From Octopus bimaculoides (lineage: Eukaryota), in contig NC_068983.1 in NCBI RefSeq assembly GCF_001194135.2, forward strand, positions 7,453,055 to 7,499,524: DNA of 46,470 nt, in the 5' to 3' direction. The position numbers and the translations under genes are program-made. Below are positions 24,725 to 35,497 of the stretch, one piece after another (the first letter of the stretch is position 1; each line of letters starts with the position of its first letter). The notes under the pieces were generated by a model. That model was not told the origin of the DNA. It saw only the letters and a program-made list of their open reading frames with translations, and made no database searches.

Positions 24725-24817
24725 TATATAGTTGAAATTTACAGAAAAACAAAAGACGAAGACAGGTGTATAAACAACAAGCAGGTGTTTTAGTTTGACG
24801 TTCGCGAAGGTGATAAA

Positions 24818-24856
24818 GTCTTTTACTTTTCGAGCCTACGCTCTTCAACAAAACGG
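24818..24856 (-). ncRNA. Degenerate minimal hammerhead-like motif
   Basis: Minus strand ttgttga-a-GAGC gtag GCTC-GAAA-a-GTA-aaagac. Stem II and GAAA are intact; the core has 2-3 substitutions. Confidence 0.35.
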
Positions 24857-25705
24857 AACACGAGGAAATAAACAGAGAGAGGATAAGAAAGAAACTTGTG
24901 GATTTAGCGGTCAATCAAGGTGACTAGTTGGAAAAAAGTAGTTGGCCAGGAGAGCTAGGAAGAAGGGGAGATAATAAGGTACTAGTGATCCCAATACGAA
25001 GATGCGCGTGCATGTGTGTATGTGAGAGTGTGTAAATGTGTGCGTGTGGATAGGAGCTAGTGACTTTAAAGTTTGGATGTGTGCGTACATACATATATAT
25101 ATATGAACGCATATATACATATATATATATATATATATATTTTTATATATGCATACACACGCATATGTGCAATGTGTGTGTATATATATACGTATAAATA
25201 TATATATAGGAGAGAGAGAAAGAGAGGGGAGAGAGAGAGAAATGTATGTATTGGTGTTTGTAAATTGCTGATGCCATAAGAACTTTATAAGCCTACGACA
25301 GAACGAAGAGTAATTTTCTTTTTTAGAACACTGCACCTTGAAGGATATTTAATGCAACAGATAAATACCACGTGACTGCTGGGTAGAAAAAACTCGTTTG
25401 TAGATAGGTTTTTCAAAAGACTTTGCCAACTAGTTGCCACAAACTCATACACATACGTGTATACGCATATATACACATATATACACACACATATGCATGT
25501 ATTTATCTATGTGTTCTGGTAAACGTTTGTACTTATAAACGAGCGAGGCAGTCCATCCACTTTCTCTACCCAAAAGAGTTTTCAACCAAATATTTATATA
25601 TTTTCCTTTTCAGTACATGTTTTTCGAGATCCAGTGTTCCAAAACGGAAGTGCATATAAGTGTGTGTGTGAATGTGTGTATGTGTGGATATATATATATA
25701 TATGT

Positions 25706-25777
25706 AACATCCCATACTGCTTAGCCAGAAGAATCTGTACTATTGCAGAGGATCTAAAGACCAGAAATCAGCGCCTG
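25706..25777 (+). pseudogene. Penelope-like element reverse-transcriptase C-terminal (thumb) fragment
   Basis: NIPYCLARRICTIAEDLKTRNQRL resembles the PLE motif NIP(Y/F)xLARRICTIV. Confidence 0.7.
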
Positions 25778-25955
25778 GTCCTTATATATTTAATACTCAA
25801 TATTTAATACTCAATATTTCATATATTCAATAAGACATTCAATACTTCATTTCATTTTACTATTTATATTATATATTCCATATTCTATATTTCCACATTA
25901 ATTTTATAAGAATATAAATAAAACATGAAAAACAGAGTTGGAACTTTTTTAAATA

Positions 25956-25980
<25 letters not shown>

Positions 25981-25986
<6 letters not shown>

Positions 25987-26369
25987 GTATTGATATTCAG
26001 AAGCCCCAAGATGGCAGGTAAGGCTATGTAAGTGCTACGGGAGGGCCGTAGTTAGACCCTCTGTTCGATAATAATACGAGTGAGGAGTCTAATGCGGGTC
26101 TTGTGTGAGTATATATATGTTAAATAATATGAGACAACAAAGCCAAGGCTGTGTGGAATTTATAGGACATTTATAAAGAGAAAGGTCGTCTTACAGCTGT
26201 TTCTGGGATATTAGGGATATCCCTTCATCAGAGACGTTATGAGAGAGTTAACTAGAGGGGAATAGTAGAGTTCAATATAAGGAGTTATTTTGGAAAAGGA
26301 TGGATATCGGAAGTATAAAGGGAAATGAGAGAATAAAAATAAAAATATAAACATATATAGGATGTTACA
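25981..26369 (-). mobile_element. Non-coding PLE pseudo-LTR-like module carrying a hammerhead ribozyme
   Basis: Contains the 26187-26236 ribozyme and lies tail-to-tail with the PLE RT fragment and AT-rich module at 25706-25951. Confidence 0.55.
26187..26236 (-). ncRNA. Type I minimal hammerhead ribozyme
   Basis: 5'-CGTCT CTGATGA a GGGATAT cccta ATATCCC a GAAAC agct GTA^AGACG-3': 5-bp stem I, intact core, 7-bp stem II, palindromic stem III (ACAGCTGT), GUA cleavage triplet. Confidence 0.85.
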
Positions 26370-26661
26370 GTTGCAGTTCCATTATCCAAGGAAACTGCTG
26401 TGTAGAATGGGTAGGAAGGCTTCTTGTCCATGGTATGTAGATTCCGATAAGAGTTTATATTTTGTTATTACAAATGGATAATATGGAGACATAAATTCCA
26501 TGTGCTGTTCATTCAAAGGGGTCTTGTAGTGTGAATGGAATTTTGGGAATGTAATGGTAGGGGTGAATAGATAGAGAGAAGACGCCTTTGAATGAACAGC
26601 GCATTCACATACACACAACTCGTTCACACCGAAGTACGCACAGATGTATATATTCACACAA

Positions 26662-26710
<49 letters not shown>

Positions 26711-26794
26711 TGTGTGTATATGTCCGCATGTTTTTATCTCTGTGTGTGTACTTGTAAACGTTTATGCTTTTAAAAGAACGAGGAAAATATATTC

Positions 26795-26990
26795 TTTTCT
26801 ACTCAGGCACAACGCCCGCAATTTTTGCGGAGGGTCTAGTCGATTAGATCGACCCCAGTACGCAACCGGTACTTAATATATCGACCCCGAAAGGATGAAA
26901 GGCAAAGTCGACCTCGGCGGAATTTGAACTCGAAATACTGCTAAGCATTTCGCCCGGTGTGCTAACGTTTCTAACAGTTCACCGCCTTAC
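26795..26990 (-). mobile_element. SINE family B with an internal deletion
   Basis: Reverse complement of the head (aaggcggtgaac..gttagcacaccgggcgaaatgcttag) and body. Confidence 0.9.
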
Positions 26991-27289
26991 GAGAAAAATA
27001 TATTAAGCATAGAGTGTATATATACACCCTATGCATAATATATCAAGCATAGGGTGTACATATTATTATATGTTGAAGCTTCTTGAATCGTAACTCCGAG
27101 TTTTCTCATGACATTGATTCAAATATTTGTTTAATCTATAGCGTAATTTGCGTCTCAATAAGCTTCAGCTTCTAATAAAATACATTAAAATTTCGCTTTA
27201 CGTTTCCTCTGTGAACGAGAACTCGTTATAACGAAATTTCATCTTGCTGCATATCATTGTATGGAATAAACTATCGGATGTTGTTTACA

Positions 27290-27518
27290 CTGTTGGTCTC
27301 GTTGCGCTTCCTCGCATCATGGTAGCCTTCCATTGACGCCAACTCGATGTCTAGGCGGGCAGTCCAACGCCTACCTCGAATGGAACACCACTCCGTCGCA
27401 TGGCTACCGATTTAGTTGACTGGAGCTGAGTTGACTATAGCAACGTAAAATGAAGCAGGAATCCAAGATATTACGATTATGAGTCCAACATCCTATCTAC
27501 TAGGTCACGCGCCTTCAC
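27290..27518 (-). mobile_element. SINE family C (tRNA head plus conserved core), diverged
   Basis: Minus strand gaaggcgcgtgacctagtagatagg.tgttggactcat..ggattcc (A/B-box-like), then attttacgttgctatagtcaactcagct, shared with 32660-32690. Confidence 0.6.
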
Positions 27519-28079
27519 CTTGCAGCATGAAACAGTTTAAAACCACAAAATAAACATCTATTCTTGATGCATAGCCTTCCACAGAAATTCTTGCTTAAAT
27601 TTGAAAATCTTTATAAACACATTACTTAATTAATAATCTTCCCTTTATTATAAATATCCATTGTCTTGCTTTATTAGCGCGCAGAAAAAAAAAATTTAAA
27701 AAAGAAGGCAATTAGTCACACTCGGTCTGCTTTTGAGTTCTGGACACTTTGCTCGTGCTATGTGAAGTAATTTAGTAATTTCTGAACATACAATAATTTT
27801 TTAATTAATTCAATGCTCTTGTTATTCAGTTCTAATTGTCGTGTTATTTATGCATAAAGCAATAATAAACTAAATATCATAAAACAAACAAAAGAAAATG
27901 AGTAAAAACAATTGTTCTAAAGTCATTAGAACATCTAATGTCAGCTTTGAAAACTATCATGAATTAATCTAACAGAATGAAGAATTAATCTAACAGAATG
28001 AAGCACAACGCTTCTAAACTAACGCTCATATGCAGCAAAACCATGTAAAGTATGGATGAATATTTGGAGGGAGATATAT

Positions 28080-28165
28080 CACAGTGTCAGTCACTCCACA
28101 GTGTCAGTCACTCCACAGTGCCAGTCACTCCATAGTGTCAGTCACTCCACAGTGTCAGTAAACTC
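28080..28165. repeat. 17-bp minisatellite, 5 units (cacagtgtcagtcactc)
   Basis: Units start at 28080, 28097, 28114, 28131 and 28148, with 0-2 differences each. Confidence 0.95.
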
Positions 28166-29153
28166 CAAAGCCATTCCGAAGTAAGAGGTGTTAAATCTAT
28201 TCAATTAGCTGAAACAAAATGAAAACAAATTGTCGCTTAAAACACAATAGTTTGTTCAGAGCGCCCTCTATTGAAACTTAAGAATGCAATTCGGATTTGT
28301 TTGTTCTCTTCAGCACCAGATACCAAGAGAGACGAACTGCAGTGAAAAGCCTTTACAGGTTCAAATATATTTCAAACATACTTGAACTGGTTTTATGTAT
28401 AGTTTCCTTCATTGTGTCGTATATCCACTCGCGTATTTAAACTGGTAGTGCTTCGGACAAAAATACATACAGTATTTGTCCTGGTGCTTTAAGCTCTGTG
28501 TTCAAATCCCGCCTCAGGATTTGACCACATTTGAGTTGGTCTTAAGTGTGTGTGTGTGTGTACATATATATATACATACATACATATATATATAGAGAGA
28601 GATATATATATATATACATACATGTACGTATGTATGTATGTGTGTGTGTGTATACGTACTTCTAACGATGCGCATATGATTTATAATGTATCGTCCTCTG
28701 AGATATGGAAGGCAAAACTAACTTCGGCGGGAATTGAACACAGAACATCCCATAGAACAAATGCTGCAATACTTTTTTGTCCGATACTCTACCAGATCAG
28801 CCAATGTCGTATTATTAGTACAAACAAAGCCAATAGATCAATACATGCACAAATAAAGTTCTATAAACATATGACAACAGAAAAAATAAATAAATTAAGA
28901 GATTTAAAAGAAATAGGGCAACCACTTTGAAGATTTTATTAATTAGATTTAACATATGGCGCTTATCTGAAGCAAGGGCCTTAGCATTTCGGTTTAACCT
29001 TTCCGCCAGTGCCAAATGACCCTTGTACTTCACGAAACGCGTGTCATCGAACACGTGTTATTCAATCACAACGCAAACGATCTGTTTGCAATTTGAAGAT
29101 CGTTGCTTCACGATATTTGTGCTGATACACGCATACACATACATGGATGTGCG

Positions 29154-29187
<34 letters not shown>

Positions 29188-29193
29188 CATATG

Positions 29194-29227
<34 letters not shown>

Positions 29228-29236
29228 CATACGTAC

Positions 29237-29311
<75 letters not shown>

Positions 29312-30231
29312 TACACTTATGTGCGTATGCATACACACATACATACACACACACGATGTCACACTTTCCAATCAGTTTTATTAATTTGCATGTAGCTTTG
29401 TGGATATAAAAAGATTATTGTTGTTGTTGTTGTTGTGGTGGTGGTGGTGGTGGTGGTGACGGTGGTGGTGGTGATGGTGGTGGTGGTGTTTTCTTATTAA
29501 GTGTTGTGTTCTGGTGTTTTCGGCATCGATTTTGTTTAGCGTCCGAATTATTTTGACAATGCAGTGATAGAGCATGAAATGTTGACAGACGATCAACGGT
29601 CAGGCATTTTTTTTTATTTTTTACATTTACTTCATTAATATAACAACATGGCGGTCGAATACAGACCAATGAGGATGCCCAAATGCGGTCACTTAAGTCT
29701 TATAACTGTAGCTTACAGTCTTAAAAATAGATTCCTTGGATAATGCAAACCAAGGTATACTGAATGAACAACCGCAACTGTAACAGAAGCAGTGGCTTTG
29801 ATCATAAATCTGTTCGTTCACGACAAACCTGAGACTGGGAAGTTAACCGTATGACGGACCGATGTCCCATTCAAAAAGGGACGAGTTTTGTAATCTAAGT
29901 CACTTATACGTCATGGAAACAAGGCTGAGATCCAGTCTTATGAGTCCTAAGTCTAAGTGAGAATGGTATCTATGGTTATCTTACTAGAATTTTAAGTTGA
30001 AATCGGGGAAGGCAGAAATTATTCGACAAATAATGAAATCAGCTAACACGTATAATATAAATGCAATCTGCAAGCGAAGCATTAAAAATATGCAAAACTT
30101 TTCTAATATAAATTCAACGAGTAACTCATTACCGTTTTATAATTTTAAATTCCTTTACCAAAAGGAGCGTTTATTCTTTTAGAAAACATTTTTTTATTGC
30201 TTGATTTCAAAGGAAAAAATGAAAAAGACCA

Positions 30232-30522
30232 TATGTATGTATGTATGTATGTATGTATGTTTGTATGTATGTATGTATGTATGTATGTATGCATGTATGC
30301 ATGTATGTATGTATGTATGTATGCATGTATGTATGTATGTATGTATGTATGTATGTATGTGTGTAGGTATGTATGTATATATGTATGTATGTATGTATGT
30401 AGGTATGTAGGTATATATGTGCGTATGTATGTATGTATTTATATATGTATGTATGTATATATGTATGTATGTGTATATGTATGTATGTATATATGTATTA
30501 TATATGTATGTAGGTATGAATG

Positions 30523-30556
<34 letters not shown>

Positions 30557-30720
30557 TATATGTATGTATGTATGTATATATATGTATGTATATGTATGTA
30601 TGTATGTATGTATATATGTATGTATGTATATATGTATGTATGTATGTATGTATATATGTATGTATGTATATATATATATGTATGTATATATGTATGTATA
30701 TATGTATGTATGTATGTATG
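30232..30720. repeat. (TATG)n array of about 490 bp
   Basis: Read directly. It is the source of the MYVC ORFs. Confidence 0.97.
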
Positions 30721-30779
30721 TCAGGTCACTTATGAGGCTCTCCTAAGTGCTACTGTTGATATAGAATCCAGTACAACCT

Positions 30780-31582
30780 GTTGCATTGTCCGGTTGTCGG
30801 CGACTAAACCGGCACTTCCACAAAGTGACTCTGTTAGATAACAAGAGTGACTGCAGGTCTTTGCAGATCGATTTGATATCCTTAAGAAGTCGGAGGAGCT
30901 TCCTGTTCCTATAAATGAACGTCTAATGACTCTACGATTGCGCCTGAAAGGTGGGCGGTTTGCTACTCTAATAAGTGTACCTACTTTGACTAGTTGTGAT
31001 GAAGATAAAACTATTTTTTATACTCAACTGAGAGCCATACTTAGGAAAATTCCCAATTCTGATAAAGTCATTTTACTGGGGGATTTCAATGCCAGGGTTG
31101 AAACAGACTGGCAAACACGGAACTCTCTAGGACGGTTTGGTGTACGGAAAATGAACAGCAATGGTCTCATGTTGCTGGAGCTTTGCGATGAACGTGGACT
31201 TTACATCGCAAGCACTCATTTTATGCACAAAAGTGATCACACAACAACGTGGATGCATCCAAGGTCTAAAATTTGGCACTTTCTGGATTATGTCATCATC
31301 CGCAGGCGTAACATCTTTGACATTTGTAATGTCAAGTCTTTTCATAGATCGGAATGCTGGGCAGACAACAGTCTGGTGCGTGCAAGGTTCCGGATGATGA
31401 TTAGAGTGAAAGAGAGAAGAGGGCCAATTGGTATTCCTCGGCGTCTGAATGTCCACAAGATATATGATGCTGTGTTGAGGAAAGGTCTTCAGACTTGCTT
31501 GTCTAGCATTGAAAATACAGTATGGGAAGATTTTCGAGACCAGGTCCTTCAATGTGCTGCTGAAACACTGAGATATGCTAAG
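30780..31582 (+). pseudogene. RTE-clade LINE apurinic-endonuclease domain fragment
   Basis: INERLMTLRLRL..FATLIS.PTLTS.DEDK..FY..L..IP.SDKVILLGDFNARV..FG..KMNSNG..LLELC..TTWMHPRSK.WH.LDYVIIRRR. Confidence 0.92.
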
Positions 31583-32575
31583 ACTAGTGTCCAAAAGTGC
31601 TAAGCAGTTCCATTTTTTTTTGTTTGAAATTTGGTAATAATTGGAACTTAAAATATCTATTTTTGATGATGCTTTACTAATTTTGTAATATATTATTCTC
31701 AGGCGGTATCTCGATGTGCAATTCAGCAGATTATAATGAAGAAGAAATAAACAGGAGATGTTTCCAGACAAACCAAGAACTGGAAGACCTTCTAAACCCT
31801 CAAAACGTGACTGCAGCTATTTAAGGCTATCATTCCTTAGGGACAGGCACAAGTCAAGCAAGGAACTCTCTCAAGATCTAGCTCAAAGTTCAGGTACACA
31901 AGTTCATCCTTCAACGGTAAGATGAACCCTCCAAAGTAAGGTAAGAAGGCTAAGAGATTCATATTTGTTAGAGAACACAAAAACTGGAAACCTCAGCAAT
32001 GGAACAATGTACTTTGGACTGATGAGTCTAAATTAGAAATTTTTAGTTCTAAACGAAGGCAATATGTAAGGCGCAGGAATGGAGAGCATTTGAAGGAAAT
32101 CTGCCTAAAACCAAACCTTAAGCACGTTGGAGGTTCCATAAATGTTTGGAGCTGCTTATCAGCCAATGGAGTTGGAGATTTGGTCCGAATTGGGGGCAAT
32201 ATAAATGCTGAAAAATATAGGCAGATTCTAATTCATCATGGAAAGCGACTCATAGGGAATCAGTTCACTTTTTAGCTAGATAATGACCCCAAACTGACTC
32301 CCCTCTGGAATGCGACTCATAGGGAATCAGACTCCCCTCTGGAAAGCGACTCATAGGGAATAAGACTCCCCTCTGGAAAGCGACTCACAGGGAATCAGAC
32401 TTCCCTCTGGAAAGCGACTCATATGGAATCAGACTCCCCTCTGGAAAGCGACTCATAGGGAATAAGACTCCCCTCTGGAAAGCGACTCATAGGGAATCAG
32501 ACTCCTCTCTGGAAAGCGACTCATGGGGAATCAGTTCACATCTTAGCAAGATAATGACCCTAAACACAGCAAATG
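31583..32575 (+). mobile_element. Tc1 transposon remnant (transposase pseudogene, 3' end missing), abutting the RTE fragment
   Basis: DKPRTGRPSK..LRDRHKSS..VHPSTVR..WNNVLWTDESK.EIF..YVRRR..KHVGGSINVWSCLS..GVGDLVRI.G..NAEKYRQILIH..DNDPK. Confidence 0.9.
32295..32510. repeat. 34-bp minisatellite (6 full units) inside the Tc1 ORF
   Basis: ggaaagcgactcatagggaatcagactcccctct at 32307, 32341, 32375, 32409, 32443 and 32477; contiguous, no spacers. Confidence 0.97.
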
Positions 32576-32607
32576 TAGTAAAGTTTTTTACAAACGCAAA
32601 AATCTGC

Positions 32608-32880
32608 TGGTGGATTCGAGTCCTAACATGAACGTCAAAACACTGGGCAAATCACTTTATTTCACGTTGCTCCACTCCACTCAGCTGGCAAAAATGAGTT
32701 GTACTTGTAACTCAATGCGGTAGCCTTGTTACATTCTGTGTCATGCTGAATCACCATGAGAACTATTTTAAGAGTACGCATGTCTGTGACGTGTTCAGCC
32801 ACTTACAGGTTAATTTCCCGAGCAAACGGTTCCGTTAATTAGATCAACTGGTACCCTGGCCGTCGGAACCGACGGAGTGC
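32608..32880 (+). mobile_element. SINE family C, head truncated
   Basis: B-box-like ggattcgagtcc, then ctgggcaaatcactttatttcacgttgctccactccactcagctggcaaaaatgag, resembling conserved metazoan SINE core domains. Confidence 0.65.
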
Positions 32881-33322
32881 TAGGTCCTGCTTAAATTCAC
32901 AGCCAGATTCTTTAATGCCTTTAGTGGAATTTACTTTGTCAAGCATTCGGCCCACAATTTCAGTCTGAGAATAGATTCCTCATTTCCTCTTATCACTTTC
33001 GGATGATCTGGAAAGTTTCCCTTCCCTTAGAGATAAAAGAAAGATATAATTGACGAAACAGCTACAGACAGAAACGAGTAAAGGGGTAATTATGTGAGCA
33101 GTCACCACTCCTAATATACAAAAACATCAACAAATTTGTGCCCAAATTAAAAACCAATCCCATGTTCGCATTTATTAAATCACACTTAAACACATTGATA
33201 ATATAAACGCACACACACAGATAACCTCACATATACACACAGATATTCTTATATAGGTACACACAGCTTTTATTTAAAAGCACACGCAAACACGCTCACA
33301 TACGTGTATGTCTCCACCTACG

Positions 33323-33368
<46 letters not shown>

Positions 33369-33894
33369 GGTACGTATATATTTATATCAGATTCCACTGA
33401 GCTCGTAATAGTGATTGATTATTCAGATAAAAGCACAGCTATAATAAGCACCCACATATATTTAGATTGACGCATATACAAGCACAGATATATAAATGCA
33501 TATTTAAATAAATAAGCGCGGATAGCATTAAAAACCAAAATTGTTGTCAGAATAGCAACAGCTTCTCATTAACTTTCAAAACACACCAAGTTAAAGCAAC
33601 GGTTTTAGATAATATCTGTTAAACGATGAAATTTATGTAAAATTGTATATAAAATATTCTTTTATTCTTTTATTAGTTTTAGTGATGGGACACAGACTTC
33701 GAAGGATTTTAAAAATAATCATTATCGATCACAGTACTTATTCTAACCTGGTAATTGATTTTTTTTTTTATTGAACACTACTTAGCAAACTCCTGATTTA
33801 ATGGCTATAAGGGGCGACAACATAAACAACAGCAGTTTTTTAAAAATAGTTTAAACATTCACCTATTATCCATAAATACATACACACATGCATA

Positions 33895-33919
33895 CATACA
33901 TACATACAGACAGACAGAC

Positions 33920-33978
<59 letters not shown>
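33895..33978. repeat. (TACA)n(GACA)n(GATA)n array
   Basis: Read directly. Confidence 0.95.
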
Positions 33979-33979
<1 letters not shown>

Positions 33980-34033
33980 GTGTGTGTATATAAAATATAT
34001 AATTATATAAATATAATAATACTAAAGGCTCTC

Positions 34034-34199
34034 ATGAGTAGCGCCACATGCAAGAAATAGATGCCAAATGGCTCTAAGAGCTACATTATTTACCCCATTA
34101 GCATGGGTTGAAATCGAGAGAAGTGAACGAATAAGATTGTATTTTAATGAATTTCTTAGAGCCATTTGGCGTCTATTTCTAGTATGTGGCGCTACTCAT
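34034..34199. mobile_element. 166-bp MITE-like foldback with 46-bp inverted arms
   Basis: 34034-34079 atgagtagcgccacatgcaagaaatagatgccaaatggctctaaga matches the reverse complement of 34154-34199 with 3 mismatches. Confidence 0.8.
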
Positions 34200-34290
34200 T
34201 AAATTTTATTTATATAATTACATGCTTTGTATTAATTGTTACTTATAGAGTTTTATTACATGTTGAAAAAATTTATATATTTATATATAT

Positions 34291-34680
34291 GAATGGCTGT
34301 GTGGTAAGTAGCTTGCTCACCAACCACATGGTTCCGGGTTCAGTCCCACTGCGTGGCACCTTGGGCAAGTGTCTTCTACTATAGCCACGGACCGACCAAA
34401 GCCTTGTGAGTGGATTTGGTAGACAGAAACTGAAAGAAGCCTGTCGTATATATATNNNNNNNNNNTGTGTGTGTGTTTGTGTGTCTGTGATCGTCACCCC
34501 ACTATCGCTTGACAACCGATGTTGGTGTGTTTGAGTCCCCATAACCTAGCGGTTCGGCAAAAGGACGGAATAAATACTAGGCTTACAAAGAATAAGTCCT
34601 GGGGTTTATTTGTTCGGCCAAAGGCGGTACTCCAGCATGGCCGCAGTCAAATGACTGAAAGAAATAAAAGAATAAAAGAA
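34291..34680 (+). mobile_element. SINE family A, full length
   Basis: Head and 3' module conserved; 10-N gap in the linker. Confidence 0.92.
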
Positions 34681-34877
34681 TATATATATATATACGTATA
34701 AGAAGAATTGACCACTAAGTGGACATCCGATATGCTAGAAAGAGGTCATCAACGACCTAACCACAAAGAAAAATAATGTTCTCCAGAAAAAAATCAGCAA
34801 ACACCAGAAGAGGAAGAAGAAAAAGAAGAAGAAGAAGAAAAAGAAGAAGAAGAAGAAGAAGAAGAAGAAGAAGAATC

Positions 34878-35062
34878 TATTCTATTAAAGGCACAAAGCC
34901 TAAAATTTTGGGAGAGGGGGTAAGTCGATCACATCGACCCCAGTACTCGACTGGTACTTAATTTATCGACTCCGAAAAGATGAAAGACAAAGTCGACCTC
35001 GGCGGAATTTGAACTCAGAACGCAGCGACGGGTGAAATACCGCTAAGCATTTCGTCCAGCAC
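34878..35062 (-). mobile_element. SINE family B, near full length
   Basis: Reverse complement of the family B body and tail; (GAA)n on the left and (TAA)n on the right. Confidence 0.9.
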
Positions 35063-35071
35063 ACCATCTTA

Positions 35072-35130
<59 letters not shown>

Positions 35131-35131
<1 letters not shown>

Positions 35132-35497
35132 TAGTTCGTTTATTGGACACAAGGGCTTACATGAAATTACATTAAAACACAGACAACAACATAAAAGACG
35201 AAAACAGGATGATACAATGGGTTTTACATCGTGTAAACAATATATAACGATTAAAAATTAAACAATTTAAAAGTCCCAATAGGAGAGGCGCTTTAAGGAC
35301 CTCGTGGAAAAACCCACAAAAGCCACGAGCGCCTGAAGAACAGAGCAAGAGCCCTTCTCCTTTTGTTTACAATTGCACGCTCAGAATTGGTCCTTTCCCA
35401 CTAGCCATTCTTCCAACATTCACCCACCTTTCAACAAGCTTGCTACAAGGCAACACTTCCTTCTCCACCCACAACTTCCTTTTCAAGTGAAACTAAA
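35131..35497 (-). mobile_element. 3' terminus of a Tx1/L1-type LINE
   Basis: Minus strand FHLKRKLWVEKEVLPCSKLVERWVNVGRMA..IL, then a T-rich 3' UTR with AATAAA running into (TTA)n. Clade assignment is inference. Confidence 0.6.

Noticed and set aside
28080-28165. Short regular repeats as a mini-CRISPR
   Set aside because: 17-bp contiguous units with no spacers.
28815-29054. ORF MFDDTRFVKYKGHLALAERL.. as an exon
   Set aside because: Non-ATG start, all frames are blocked after the nearest acceptor, and no domain is recognised.
30197-30841. 214-aa MYVC-repeat ORF
   Set aside because: Translation of (TATG)n.
32012-32045. CTGATGAG..GAAA as a hammerhead
   Set aside because: It is the Tc1 WTDESK codon stretch; GAAA overlaps the putative stem II and stems I and III are missing.
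32295-32510. CRISPR-like 34-bp repeats
   Set aside because: Units are contiguous with no unique spacers, derive from Tc1 coding sequence, have no cas genes nearby, and lie in a eukaryotic context.
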